Source: a virus
Strand: one strand, 5' to 3'
Virus record (IMG/VR): IMGVR_UViG_3300008265_000001
DNA length: 64,000 nucleotides
Positions 54,773 through 64,000 of the stretch are shown here, in pieces. The translations under genes were made by a program, and so were the position numbers. Position 1 is the first letter of the stretch, and every line of letters starts with the position of its first letter. Below the pieces are notes generated by a model that saw only the letters and a program-made list of their open reading frames with translations, searched no databases and was not told the DNA's origin.

Positions 54773-55447
54773 TTAACCTTCCTCCAAATAGTTTAAAACA
54801 AACTTCACAAAATCATCAAAAGGCTGCGTAGCGCTGAAATCATTATTATCAAGCCAGTAGTCAGGTATCTCCACCTTGTTATAAAAATCCCACTGTAACA
54901 ACTCACTCTCTGGTGGGCGATGTGTACCGTACCGCATACTCTTGTTAGGTTCTACCCAACCATGAAGAGTCTCTCTTGCCTTCTGAGCCTTAGCAGCAGC
55001 TTCGTTGTGAATGTACACAACTTTACCACCTTGTCGCTTCACCCAATCGAGTTCATTCTGGTAACGTAAATCTGAAATGAGCAAAATACTTGCAGAATTA
55101 CCATACTTCCTATCGAGGGCATTAATAAACACATCTTCGCCAAGATTTTCGCGAAGTAATTGCCCTACTCTTTTCTGCACATCTCTTGAAGACCACTTAG
55201 ACTCGATGCCAGAACGGTTAGCGCCAAATACAAATCGTTTCTCTTCTTTCAAGCTGCGGTCTTGCAATTCCTTACCACTAATGCCAAGAATCGGAGCTAT
55301 GGCTTCATTCAACGAGTCTGCAAAGCGAGTTCTTACAGTAGACATGGTGTAGCGATGCTGATAAATCAATCGGGACTGCAAGCGATTCATGATGAAGTCT
55401 TTACCTCCGTTGATTGAAGATATAGCAGCTATAATTTTTCTAGTCAT
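54773..55447 (-). CDS. T4 gp1-like deoxynucleoside monophosphate kinase
   Basis: AISSINGGKDFI (an SGKD-type P-loop variant) and ISDLRYQNELDW. Confidence 0.65.
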   Translation of the reverse strand: MTRKIIAAISSINGGKDFIMNRLQSRLIYQHRYTMSTVRTRFADSLNEAIAPILGISGKELQDRSLKEEKRFVFGANRSGIESKWSSRDVQKRVGQLLRENLGEDVFINALDRKYGNSASILLISDLRYQNELDWVKRQGGKVVYIHNEAAAKAQKARETLHGWVEPNKSMRYGTHRPPESELLQWDFYNKVEIPDYWLDNNDFSATQPFDDFVKFVLNYLEEG

Positions 55448-56042
55448 TTTGTCTACTCTCTATTATCATTTTTACAAATTTCAAAGCTTCGTCATTAGTG
55501 TGATTATTCTTCATAAGGTTAGCACCTTTACAAACAAATTGAACATTCCCTTGGGCATATTCTTTACTGGAGTCAATCCTATCTAAACTAGCTCCCCATA
55601 AAGGTGTTCTAGGTCGTTTCTTTACCTCTAAAGTAGTTGCTCTAATCTCCATAGGTACACCCGTTAAAGCACATATACCTTTCTGACTGTCCCAGACATC
55701 CTTAAGGTATTGTAAAGTTAAATTTTCGTATTGTCTATGCCCTTTTTTGCGGGAACCATTTAGAAATAATCTAAAAGGGCTGAACTCATCTAAATTTTTC
55801 AATTTTCTTTGTATGTTTATATATCTTTTTTGTTCTGGTGATAGGGCTTTAGACCCTTTTAATCCCCTCAATCTAAGTTCTTCCTTATCGGTTAATTTTT
55901 GGGCAGTACAACTCACGCTACAGAATGTCATTTTAGACTTGTTTCTAGATAGTCTGTATTTCAATTCCGATTCAGTAAGTGAAATTAAAACCCCACAAAA
56001 ATCACAAGGGTAATTTACCCTCTTCTTAAAAGGTCTAGACAT
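55440..56042 (-). CDS. HNH-family endonuclease with N-terminal zinc finger
   Basis: CDFCG...CSVSC, then ASLDRIDSSKEYAQGNVQFVCKGANLMKNNH. Confidence 0.7.
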   Translation of the reverse strand: MSRPFKKRVNYPCDFCGVLISLTESELKYRLSRNKSKMTFCSVSCTAQKLTDKEELRLRGLKGSKALSPEQKRYINIQRKLKNLDEFSPFRLFLNGSRKKGHRQYENLTLQYLKDVWDSQKGICALTGVPMEIRATTLEVKKRPRTPLWGASLDRIDSSKEYAQGNVQFVCKGANLMKNNHTNDEALKFVKMIIESRQND

Positions 56043-56592
56043 TACTCATTACCTCTTTGTTTAATCTTCGTATATCTTCGACATTCGCCAAATTGTAAAT
56101 CGGAACCCCGAAATCCTGAGCAATTTTCATCGCTTGCGCTGTTCCGCCAACCAGTTTACCACCTTTTGTCCAACAAATTACAAAATCTACTGGGTCTTTA
56201 AGTGTAGTGCTGAGGACTTGGTAAGCATTTCTTGCTTGAAGTTTCCTTGCTCCTTGACTAAGTTTGTCAGGAGAAGGGTGATATTTGTTGACCAACTCTA
56301 AGGCTTCGTTCCAAGTAGAAGCAGTTGATGAATCAAAAAAACCTCTTGAGGGGTTATGTTCAAGGTCATTAAATCCGTTCCAAGGTAGGTACACTTTGTA
56401 AGGTATCTTAGAACTGCCAAAAGAAGCTTCAGCAGCCCCCATTGCAAACGCAGAGTCAGCACCGTTAGCACCTCCAGACCGAAGTATGTAACCCTTCTTA
56501 TAGAGTGTGCCAGCAATATACTGCATAGATTCAAGTACATCTTGGGGGGTTTCACGACTACCAATACCAGCGTAGAATTTTTTAGTAGCCAT
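56035..56592 (-). CDS. DprA/Smf-like Rossmann (SLOG) domain protein
   Basis: AGIGSRETP...LRSGGANGADSAFAMGA... Confidence 0.65.
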   Translation of the reverse strand: MATKKFYAGIGSRETPQDVLESMQYIAGTLYKKGYILRSGGANGADSAFAMGAAEASFGSSKIPYKVYLPWNGFNDLEHNPSRGFFDSSTASTWNEALELVNKYHPSPDKLSQGARKLQARNAYQVLSTTLKDPVDFVICWTKGGKLVGGTAQAMKIAQDFGVPIYNLANVEDIRRLNKEVMSNV

Positions 56593-56773
56593 TTTTCTTT
56601 GCCCTGTTACCGACAACAGAAATACCTATACTGGAGCCAAGAGCGATTCCAGATTGAGTAAAATAATTCCAAGCATTTTTTGGGTAGCCCATTGCTAAAA
56701 TAAGTGCAGATAAACTTACACCAAGAAGAAAGGCAGAAGCAGTTAGATAGTGGCGCAAAAACAATCTTTTCAT
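56582..56773 (-). CDS. small membrane protein
   Basis: Track ORF trimmed to the ATG at 56773. Two hydrophobic segments. Confidence 0.45.
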   Translation of the reverse strand: MKRLFLRHYLTASAFLLGVSLSALILAMGYPKNAWNYFTQSGIALGSSIGISVVGNRAKKNGY

Positions 56774-56774
56774 C

Positions 56775-58439
56775 TTAAAACTCATCTTCAATACTCTCCT
56801 CAGTAATAACCGAACTTTCTACAGCAACTACATTACCAGCAATACCATCGATTAACATCTCCTCTAGGACATACTCTGTCCCAGCTTCATCTACGACCGT
56901 GTAGGTAACATCGCGCAGACTTGCTTTCTCGCTTCTTGAAGTTACGGTGAAATCTTCGCCATTGTGGGATACAACATCACCAACTTGATATAAGAACGAA
57001 GTTGTCAGTTGCTTCAGTCGCTCACGCTCCTCGTCAGAAAAGAGAAGTTTGAGGGCAGCTTTGCGACGTTCGGTAGTCCAATCATGCGTTAAGTTGTAGA
57101 GAGCGCGTTTGTCCTTGCACAGCATTGCGTTATGTGCGTCAAGAACCGCAGGGGAGTATTGCTTGGCAGCTTTCTCAGGCTCAACCATCCAAAGTGACTC
57201 AGAGGGCATAACATAAGTCATTTGAGTGCCATCATGAACTGCAATAATTGTCTGGTTTTCAGTTAAATATCCCAAACTCTGCTTGACTTCAAATGTGCCT
57301 CCAAAAGATAGTAGGTCTTTCACGATATACGCTTTGCCATGATTCGCAGCAAAATGTCTAAGTAGTTTTCCAGTGAGTTCATGATTAGAATCAGCACTCT
57401 CAGATAGCACTTCAAGCCCGTCTAGCCCGTTTTCCAATTTAACCATGTTGTATTCGATTGTCATTGGCTTACCTTGCCTTGGAAGCGTTGTTAGGGTAAG
57501 TGGGGAGTTGGTATCTTTGTTGTAGTCTTCTTTTTTAGTCTTGAAAAGGGCAATAATGCCATCACTATTAGATGAAATTGAGGTTGAACCACTCAGAGCG
57601 TTGACCAAACTACCTTTTTGACCGTTTTTAGCTCCTTCTTTCGATAAATGGTGAATCACAACCCCGCAAGTATCTGTCTGCGTGAAAACTTGCTTCAATT
57701 TAGCTACAATTTTACCGAACTCACTAGAATTTTCTGAAAACTCGCTGTTAGCTGTTGAAGCTCGAAGACTGTCGATGATAACAAGTGTGGGCGAATACTC
57801 CATTATTCTCTTTTGCAAGTATGGAATCTCAATCGTCGCATCAAAAATTCTCTCGACTACTAAGGCATCAGGGTCAAAGTTGACTAGTAAGCTAGTTCCT
57901 TTATCATTCTTGTTACCAAACCCAGCCATGTAGACTCTGCTGGCAATAGTTTTTCTGTTTTCTTCCAATTGCCAATAAAGTACGCGACCTTTTTTAACTG
58001 GAAGACCTAAAAAGCGTCCAGAAATTGCGAACGAATAAGCTAGTTGGTATGCTAGGAGCGACTTTCCGCATTTTGGCTCAGCACCGAAGATGTACATACC
58101 GCCAGCTTGAAGGAGATTAGGAATAAGCCACTGGTCGGAGGGGTCGTAGCTCTCAAGTATTTTTTTGAGGTTCATGCTGCGTTCAAATACTGGAGTAGGA
58201 TTCATCAGTTCTTGAATGTCAGCACTGATGTTTTTAGGCTCGAAACCAAGAAGAGGATACCACTTAGAGGCTATCTTGTTGCGGAGTAACCTCAAAGCTT
58301 GTTTTTTGTTCTCAACCCCCTCTTCCTCCATGAACTTGACAAACCCTCGAAGGTCTTGAGCATACTCTGCCAATAATGCTTTGTGGTTATCAAGTGTGAA
58401 ATCAATTTTCTCTAACCCAAGGCTTTCTGTGTATTGCAT
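56775..58439 (-). CDS. RepA/DnaB-like replicative helicase (RecA-fold)
   Basis: Walker A is GAEPKCGKSLLAYQLA and Walker B is LVIIDSLRA. Confidence 0.85.
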   Translation of the reverse strand: MQYTESLGLEKIDFTLDNHKALLAEYAQDLRGFVKFMEEEGVENKKQALRLLRNKIASKWYPLLGFEPKNISADIQELMNPTPVFERSMNLKKILESYDPSDQWLIPNLLQAGGMYIFGAEPKCGKSLLAYQLAYSFAISGRFLGLPVKKGRVLYWQLEENRKTIASRVYMAGFGNKNDKGTSLLVNFDPDALVVERIFDATIEIPYLQKRIMEYSPTLVIIDSLRASTANSEFSENSSEFGKIVAKLKQVFTQTDTCGVVIHHLSKEGAKNGQKGSLVNALSGSTSISSNSDGIIALFKTKKEDYNKDTNSPLTLTTLPRQGKPMTIEYNMVKLENGLDGLEVLSESADSNHELTGKLLRHFAANHGKAYIVKDLLSFGGTFEVKQSLGYLTENQTIIAVHDGTQMTYVMPSESLWMVEPEKAAKQYSPAVLDAHNAMLCKDKRALYNLTHDWTTERRKAALKLLFSDEERERLKQLTTSFLYQVGDVVSHNGEDFTVTSRSEKASLRDVTYTVVDEAGTEYVLEEMLIDGIAGNVVAVESSVITEESIEDEF

Positions 58440-59389
58440 CCTTTTAATAATCCTAATAATTCTTCTCTAGTACAAATTTCCCAATTCTCAATTGCATCAG
58501 CCGCGTCGTAATTCTTTTCTGCACCTCGTCCGAGTAACTGCGCGATGTTGTAGCTTGATGCTGAGATGCCGCTTTTCCATGCTTCCTGTAAGAACTTCTG
58601 CGCTTTCTGTTTTCCAGTTTCATCATTGTCTTCCAAATAGATAATGTTTTTCACTTTGTAGGATAAGCATCTTAAGAACTTAGCTAGGTGTGACTGTTGG
58701 TAAACAAAAGAAGGAAAACTGACAGCATTTATACCAAGCTCTTGAAGATAAGAAGCGACCTTTTCCCCCTCGACAAAGACCACGAAAGCCGCCAAATAAC
58801 AAGACCTGTATACTGGGACATGATTGAACTTTGTAGGAACTTCATTTGACCATTCTCCATTGTCTTTTTTAATGCGAAAGTAAAAAAACTTTTTTTCATG
58901 TCTTGGGTCACACCTAATTAATTGAAAATCGTCGTAGGGATAGATAGTAAACTTTGTTTCATTCTCAAAGTAGGTAGACCAAGGTTTCTTGTAAGAGATA
59001 GAAGAGAAAAATTGGGTAACATCTATTTCACTAAGGTTAAGTGGCAGAGGCTTTATAATATCGCGAAGTTTTGGTATGCGTATCTGCCTTGGGGATGAGC
59101 TACGGCGAGGTCGAAACTCACCCTCTTGCAATTTGGCTGCAATCAGACTCGGTTGGTAGCCTGTGCCTTCTTTGCGGAGAAGATGACATTGACTGCTTGA
59201 ATAGCATGAGTATGCACCTTTCTTGGTTCCCTCCGCAACGATTTTAAGCTTATGTTCACCGCAAATAGGGCAATCTGCTGATATCCAACTCCTGTGGTTT
59301 GAGACATTCTCCAGCTTGTGCAAATAGGTTAGGATTTGAAAGTCATGCTGCTTTACTTCTATTCTGCCGTCAGAGTGTCTAATTCTCAT
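58412..59389 (-). CDS. DNA primase (zinc finger plus TOPRIM)
   Basis: CPICGEHKL...C....C, and TOPRIM residues VEGEKVA and YLEDNDETGKQKA. Confidence 0.8.
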   Translation of the reverse strand: MRIRHSDGRIEVKQHDFQILTYLHKLENVSNHRSWISADCPICGEHKLKIVAEGTKKGAYSCYSSSQCHLLRKEGTGYQPSLIAAKLQEGEFRPRRSSSPRQIRIPKLRDIIKPLPLNLSEIDVTQFFSSISYKKPWSTYFENETKFTIYPYDDFQLIRCDPRHEKKFFYFRIKKDNGEWSNEVPTKFNHVPVYRSCYLAAFVVFVEGEKVASYLQELGINAVSFPSFVYQQSHLAKFLRCLSYKVKNIIYLEDNDETGKQKAQKFLQEAWKSGISASSYNIAQLLGRGAEKNYDAADAIENWEICTREELLGLLKGCNTQKALG

Positions 59390-60324
59390 TTTATTGACTC
59401 AATCTCTTTAGGAATATTGCTTGTATACCCACCATTAACATAATCTGGTCGCCAGTTCGCATCACTTATCATCTGCTTCCAATTTCTCTCTAGTGGCTTA
59501 ATACCATAGAAATCTCGTAGAATATCCTTGAAAATCCTCCAATAATAGTTTAAATCCGAATGTGATAGATAAGCCAGCTTACTTCGTTCTTCGTTAACGT
59601 ATACGAGAACTGCACCCGTTATTCCAGCACCGTATCTTTCTTTAAAGTCAGTGCCTAAAGTCAAAGCAGCAGCGTAGAATGATGCCTGTAAGCAATTTTT
59701 AAACATAAAATCCACATTGTCTGAGCGACCTAGACTCTTCAGCTTAACACCGCCTTTTTTAAGTTTTTCGTAGCTTCTTTTAGTTTTTAAATCGCATATA
59801 ACAAATTTTTCTGAGATTATTTCTCCTGTTTTTACGGTTTTGAAAGTATTATCTGGGATTTTTACGAGATTATCATATCTACCAGCTAACATGAAATTTT
59901 CTGGATTTTTTTGGATATTACCGTGAAAAAATAATGGTTGCTCGACTTGTGCGTATTCGGGGTCTACGTGACTATAGAAGTTATCAATGGCAGTACAGGC
60001 TAACTTTTGCTCTACAAGGCTTCCTAGAGGGTATACGCCATCTATCAAGTAACTTTCGATTAAAGCATGAGCAGCAGTACCCACTCGCGCTGACTCTTGA
60101 CTGATTAAATCTGGGTCTTGACCTAATTTTCGCATTTTGTTACCCCACACTTCAAGGATATCCTCCCCCTTATCATTCGTTAAATCTTCGTATTGGCTTA
60201 ACACAGTCGTTGTCGAGGCACAGGACAAACCACATTTACTCGTATACTGGCGTTTCCCTGATTCTTCAGTTATTTCACCAGCATACTCAATGAACGGACG
60301 ATATTCAAACAGTTTCTTAGCCAT
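59386..60324 (-). CDS. PD-(D/E)XK family exonuclease
   Basis: GTAAHALIESY, RYDNLV and VICDLKTKR (D...D-x-K). I prefer the ATG at 60324. Confidence 0.7.
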   Translation of the reverse strand: MAKKLFEYRPFIEYAGEITEESGKRQYTSKCGLSCASTTTVLSQYEDLTNDKGEDILEVWGNKMRKLGQDPDLISQESARVGTAAHALIESYLIDGVYPLGSLVEQKLACTAIDNFYSHVDPEYAQVEQPLFFHGNIQKNPENFMLAGRYDNLVKIPDNTFKTVKTGEIISEKFVICDLKTKRSYEKLKKGGVKLKSLGRSDNVDFMFKNCLQASFYAAALTLGTDFKERYGAGITGAVLVYVNEERSKLAYLSHSDLNYYWRIFKDILRDFYGIKPLERNWKQMISDANWRPDYVNGGYTSNIPKEIESIK

Positions 60325-60985
60325 TAGTACGAACCGAAGTGCTGCCAAATCCGCCTCTATTCTTGTTACCAATCACTTCACTCCAGAACACACAATTCTC
60401 TTCCGTGAAGTCCAACCTAATATGCAGTATGTCGTCAAGGCTAGGAGCCACAACCTGCAACAATCGGTCGCCAGCATCAATATATGGCTTACGTCTGTGT
60501 AGAGGAGCTTTACCGAGTTGGGGATGATAGTCGAGATAGCAACCTAAAGTGTCCCCAGAAATAAGAGAGGAGCCTTGTAGTTCAATTCCTCGATAGGTCT
60601 TGTCAATTGTACCTACTGCATTAGATAAACGAAATGGAGATTTTCCAATACTACTGCGAGGTCGGATATCGAAATGGGTTGGGCATACAGTTTCAGGTCT
60701 ATCTTTTAGGTAGTAATGAAGATAATCCAAATCTGATTCTGAATTTGTAATATTATTTTGAATGCTGTCTATGAATGCAGGGTAGAGACTGTCATACATC
60801 GCAAAAACAGTCTCAAAACTGATAACACCAATAGTCTCGACAACTTCAGCATCATAAGGCTTCACATCCGTGACAAATGGAAGGTCAATACCTGCATCAC
60901 CAACTTTGTTGTACGCAGGTGCAGAGCTACCGTAGAATCGCTGTGCTGCGTCAGAAAGAGGAAGGGAGATTAGTAGTTTAGTCAT
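60317..60985 (-). CDS. dut: trimeric dUTPase with insertions
   Basis: GDAGIDL, PRSSIGK, GTIDKTYRG, GDRLLQVV and NRGGFGSTS correspond to the five dUTPase motifs. Confidence 0.8.
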   Translation of the reverse strand: MTKLLISLPLSDAAQRFYGSSAPAYNKVGDAGIDLPFVTDVKPYDAEVVETIGVISFETVFAMYDSLYPAFIDSIQNNITNSESDLDYLHYYLKDRPETVCPTHFDIRPRSSIGKSPFRLSNAVGTIDKTYRGIELQGSSLISGDTLGCYLDYHPQLGKAPLHRRKPYIDAGDRLLQVVAPSLDDILHIRLDFTEENCVFWSEVIGNKNRGGFGSTSVRTNG

Positions 60986-61158
60986 AGTACCTAAAAATAA
61001 ATAAATTGAAAGGGCGAGAACTTAATCATCGCTCCTCTTTAAAATGTCGAACCAACCTTGTCGAGAGTCACTGGTTACAGCACTTGTCAAACAGCTTCTG
61101 GATGCCATCCTGTAGGACAGAATGAAGGTCGCTTTTTTCATGCCAGCCGACATTGAGA

Positions 61159-61425
61159 TTAAATGGTAGTAGGTAGTTGTTGTTGAAGTAAATAACCTTC
61201 CAGTTGCCACAACTTGTTCTCGACCTGTTCTCTGGCAACTTTACGACCAATTTCAATGTCGAAGTTTTGCGGGTCAACACAAGCACCACGACCGATAATA
61301 GAGAATCCATTGCGAGTAGGGAATCGATAAGAGACAACAACTTCCTTATTCCAAAAAACAGCTTCTTGGGTTTCGGCAGAGTTTAGTAAATCTTGAATGT
61401 CTTGGGGTGTAATTTTGTTTTTCAT
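61159..61425 (-). CDS. Gp49/Gp66-like phage protein
   Basis: NGFSIIGRGACVDPQNFDIEIGRKVAREQVENKLWQLEGYLL resembles that family. Confidence 0.6.
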   Translation of the reverse strand: MKNKITPQDIQDLLNSAETQEAVFWNKEVVVSYRFPTRNGFSIIGRGACVDPQNFDIEIGRKVAREQVENKLWQLEGYLLQQQLPTTI

Positions 61426-61487
61426 TTTAGTTGGTGAGTGAAGGGCAAAGGACTAGCCAATGCCCATGTTACAATTACGAATTAAAC

Positions 61488-61880
61488 CTAAAAGTCCTCG
61501 TCGTCCTCTACCGCAGGAGCCGCAGACTTAGTTGCAGTCTTGGTAGTAGTAGCTGCACCATCTTTAGCTTTTTCAAGTACAACAATAGGGAACAACTGAA
61601 AAGGAGAAAGTTGGTAGTAAGTTTTACCGTTGTATTCCCGACTTGTCAGGATGCCTTCAATTACAACCTTATCTCCCTTCTCAATGCTGTCGTCAGTGGT
61701 GAGTGCCGAGATGAAGATGCTTGGAGCGTACTGTTCGCCATCTCGCTTTGCAGCAGTGTTTACCGAAACCGAGACATCAGTGTATTCAGAGAAGTTACCG
61801 TTAGCTTGCTTAGTTCCAGTCACACGACCGAAGAACTTTTCAACTTTGCCAGAACCGATTGCAGAAAATAAAGGAGCCAT
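61488..61880 (-). CDS. ssb: single-stranded DNA-binding protein
   Basis: OB-size protein with an Ala/Thr-rich linker and an acidic tail (VEDDEDF), placed next to erf. Confidence 0.7.
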   Translation of the reverse strand: MAPLFSAIGSGKVEKFFGRVTGTKQANGNFSEYTDVSVSVNTAAKRDGEQYAPSIFISALTTDDSIEKGDKVVIEGILTSREYNGKTYYQLSPFQLFPIVVLEKAKDGAATTTKTATKSAAPAVEDDEDF

Positions 61881-61954
61881 GTGTTTTTGTCTTTTGTTTG
61901 AGTAAATTTAATGTAGCAGTGAGTCAGTAGTAAAAGTATCTATCGAAAGACTGA

Positions 61955-62662
61955 TTAAGCAGCCACTTCGGGAGCCGCGCTTTTGTTAGGGTTGTAGCGG
62001 TCACGATTTTCCCAGCAAAGCATCTTCCACTTACCTGCTGTATCGTAGTGACCCTTCTTAGCGAAAGCGTCGAACTTGAGAGCGCGTTCGTCAGCACTTG
62101 CATGACAGTAAGGTGCATTCTTTTCTGCCCATTCCAAACACTCTTTTTTAGAGTACGCTAAAGGTTGTACTTCAGCTTGAGCAGTCACAGCAGCATTACC
62201 ATCATCATCGGCATCAGCAGACAAGTTAAGCAGCGCACAGATGGAGTAGCGTCGAGCGTAGGTTAGTGCAGAACCTTTTTGTTGCTCGTTAGCTGGGAGT
62301 GTGATTGGGTAGTCAATCTGAAAACTTTCACCAGTTGGAGCAAAAGTGATTCTCGTCACCAAATTCGTTTGCTCTTCTATTTTCTCGAAAAAGCTGAACA
62401 GAACCAAGTTATGTCTCAGCAGAGGTTCACGAATAGACTTCATGATAGAGTCTAAATCGGCATACTTGCTTTTGAAGTGCGGGTTGAGTTTGTCCTTGAT
62501 GATTGGCGTAAACTCAAGTTGTGCCTTGACAAGTGCAGAAAAGAGATTATCGGGCTGGTGTGAGTATGGCGCGTAAATTTCTGGTTGCGGCGAGACAACG
62601 AGTTCGGACGACTCTTGGCGGTCGTCGATTTGGTCGGTCGTAGCTGGTTTTCTAGGAGCCAT
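61955..62662 (-). CDS. erf: Erf-family single-strand annealing protein
   Basis: ALVKAQLEFTPIIKDKLNPHFKSKYADLDSIMKSIREPLLRHNL and GSALTYARRYSICALL. Confidence 0.8.
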   Translation of the reverse strand: MAPRKPATTDQIDDRQESSELVVSPQPEIYAPYSHQPDNLFSALVKAQLEFTPIIKDKLNPHFKSKYADLDSIMKSIREPLLRHNLVLFSFFEKIEEQTNLVTRITFAPTGESFQIDYPITLPANEQQKGSALTYARRYSICALLNLSADADDDGNAAVTAQAEVQPLAYSKKECLEWAEKNAPYCHASADERALKFDAFAKKGHYDTAGKWKMLCWENRDRYNPNKSAAPEVAA

Positions 62663-62720
62663 TTTGTTTTTCCTTGTAATAGTAGGGGTAGGTATCTCGC
62701 CTACCCAATTTAGTTGCGGT

Positions 62721-63044
62721 CTAGCTGTTTAGTTTAGCGGTCTTTACATCGGTCAAGCTGCTGCGAACTGCTTCGAGGCGACCATTGCGAACTGCACCAT
62801 TCAATTTAGTGCCTTTGATTTTCTCGCCATTGTCAATTTTTTCAACTAGGCGCTCTGCTTGAGATACCCAAACTTCAGCATCGTTAATTGCAAGAATGAG
62901 AAGTGCGCGATATTCATCGTTTGAGATAACTTCGGGTTCTTCGGTGATTGTCTCGGCTTCTTCAATTGCGGCTAAGGCTTGTTGTGCAACTTCAGGCTGA
63001 TATGCGACTGTGGTTTCGACTTCGTTGGTTTCTAGTGTAGGCAT
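62721..63044 (-). CDS. hypothetical acidic protein (107 aa)
   Basis: Track ORF. Confidence 0.55.
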   Translation of the reverse strand: MPTLETNEVETTVAYQPEVAQQALAAIEEAETITEEPEVISNDEYRALLILAINDAEVWVSQAERLVEKIDNGEKIKGTKLNGAVRNGRLEAVRSSLTDVKTAKLNS

Positions 63045-63120
63045 TTGTTTTCGGTGTTTTGCTCGATTGCTTAGTTAATATATCGTGTTGAGCAGGGTAG
63101 GTCATCTATCTTGCGACTGA

Positions 63121-63372
63121 TTAGTACCGAGGATTTCCGAGAATATCTTTGCCCTTCACTTGCGGCTCCTTGACTCGCCAAGACTTGAGTTGCCAATCGC
63201 GGTAGTTCCCCTTTCTGCCACGATAACTAGCCACTACCTTCTCATTTTCGAGGTCTACGCTGACGATTCGGAGAGTATCGAGAACTTGACGAGTCATTGT
63301 TGTGTGTCCAGCTTTCTCTTTTCTGACCTTGTATAGAATTTGGTCGGGTTTTAAATTTCTAAGTGTTGCCAT
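63121..63372 (-). CDS. hypothetical protein (83 aa)
   Basis: Track ORF. Confidence 0.55.
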   Translation of the reverse strand: MATLRNLKPDQILYKVRKEKAGHTTMTRQVLDTLRIVSVDLENEKVVASYRGRKGNYRDWQLKSWRVKEPQVKGKDILGNPRY

Positions 63373-63718
63373 CTGTCTTTCTCCAATTTATTGATTTGAA
63401 CTCTTTCAAGATTTTCAGTTTGATGGGGGTTCTAGCTATTTGCTTGCCATTGATTTCCATGCAGTAAGGATTTGAAGTAATTGTCCCGTCTGGATTTAGT
63501 TTAGTCTGACATACTCCGTCAAAACTGATATCGTAGTATTTTATCTTCGTTGTTTTCAGAGATGAAAATAGTCTAGCAACAGCTTCTAGGGGATAGTGAT
63601 TTAAAGTCAGAACCAGTGTGTCAGGAGGATAGACTGTAACGTCCTGCGGGAATACTTGGAACCCAAAATCTGTAATTTCTTTAAGGTCTTCGGGCAGTTG
63701 GAATTTATTGTTACTCAT
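63359..63718 (-). CDS. hypothetical protein (119 aa)
   Basis: Track ORF. Confidence 0.55.
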   Translation of the reverse strand: MSNNKFQLPEDLKEITDFGFQVFPQDVTVYPPDTLVLTLNHYPLEAVARLFSSLKTTKIKYYDISFDGVCQTKLNPDGTITSNPYCMEINGKQIARTPIKLKILKEFKSINWRKTDGNT

Positions 63719-63932
63719 CTGTTTTGTTTACCCAATCTTTGTTGATTTCAAGCCATTCTTTTAATTTAGTCATACATTTTACATGAGAGTCACCACAAAA
63801 AGCAACATCAGCACATGACTCTTCTTCTGGGGGATTGGAGGCAACCCACACCATTATTTTGTAGCGACCGTTCGGGAATATTTGGCGGTAGACGTAGTGA
63901 CCTTGGAAGCGAAAACCGCAAGTTGTTCTCAT
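63711..63932 (-). CDS. hypothetical Cys-containing protein (73 aa)
   Basis: Track ORF. Confidence 0.55.
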   Translation of the reverse strand: MRTTCGFRFQGHYVYRQIFPNGRYKIMVWVASNPPEEESCADVAFCGDSHVKCMTKLKEWLEINKDWVNKTDE

Positions 63933-64000
63933 AATTATCTCCAGATATAGAGAAAGACAGCGTTTTTAGGACTGTCTTTCGGGTGGTCTAGGCGGCTACA

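Noticed and set aside
61022-61340. Overlapping minus-strand ORFs 61022..61210 and 61068..61340 in and beside the Gp49-like gene. A 39-aa ORF from an internal ATG (~61141) is possible.
   Set aside because: 61068..61340 overlaps the better-supported 61159..61425. The remaining short ORF has no supporting features, so it is left unannotated.
61431-61905. Plus-strand ORFs antisense to ssb.
   Set aside because: The minus-strand ORF has the SSB acidic tail and operon context. The plus-strand translations are Ser/Cys/Leu-rich.
1-64000. Search for terminase, integrase, RNA polymerase and canonical endolysin.
   Set aside because: The only P-loops found belong to PhoH, the helicase and the dNMP kinase. 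No recombinase or lysozyme motifs were seen. These genes are presumably outside the window, or too divergent to recognise by eye.

Overview
The window reads as about 64 kb of a tailed dsDNA phage genome (roughly 40% GC by eye, gene-dense, many ATGA/TAATG-coupled starts). I recognised no rRNA, CRISPR array, integrase, reverse transcriptase or terminase. Positions 1 to ~37.9 kb hold virion and tail-fibre-type genes: a portal-like protein, a ~10x FN3 protein, a tail fibre with the GVTAGSY..VDSKGRVT motif, four LamG-type proteins and a 688-aa protein built from tandem repeats. These are interleaved with blocks of small minus-strand genes of unknown function. Positions ~37.9 to 64 kb are an almost uninterrupted minus-strand replication and nucleotide-metabolism block. 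It contains family A DNA polymerase, TOPRIM primase, RepA/DnaB-like helicase, PD-(D/E)XK nuclease, dUTPase, SSB, Erf, T4-type dNMP kinase, a compact class I-like RNR alpha/beta pair, a ThyA-family enzyme, a DRB0094-type RNA ligase, a TARG1/DarG-like macro domain and a pol-beta nucleotidyltransferase. PhoH lies just upstream at 32.9 to 33.6 kb. At least five homing-endonuclease-type genes are present. The observations most worth follow-up are: (1) an inverted duplication of a divergent small-RHH-like plus GIY-YIG cassette bracketing a 4-kb segment that holds a tRNA-like element; (2) a minimal RNR whose beta lacks the radical tyrosine and whose alpha has Gln at the conserved Asn; (3) a macro domain, RNA ligase and nucleotidyltransferase set that could be counter-defence; (4) an ORF split at a G7 run; (5) a 28-bp perfect palindrome; (6) -10 boxes placed for leaderless transcripts on plus-strand LamG/fibre islands. 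All functional calls come from motif reading by eye, with no database search run.
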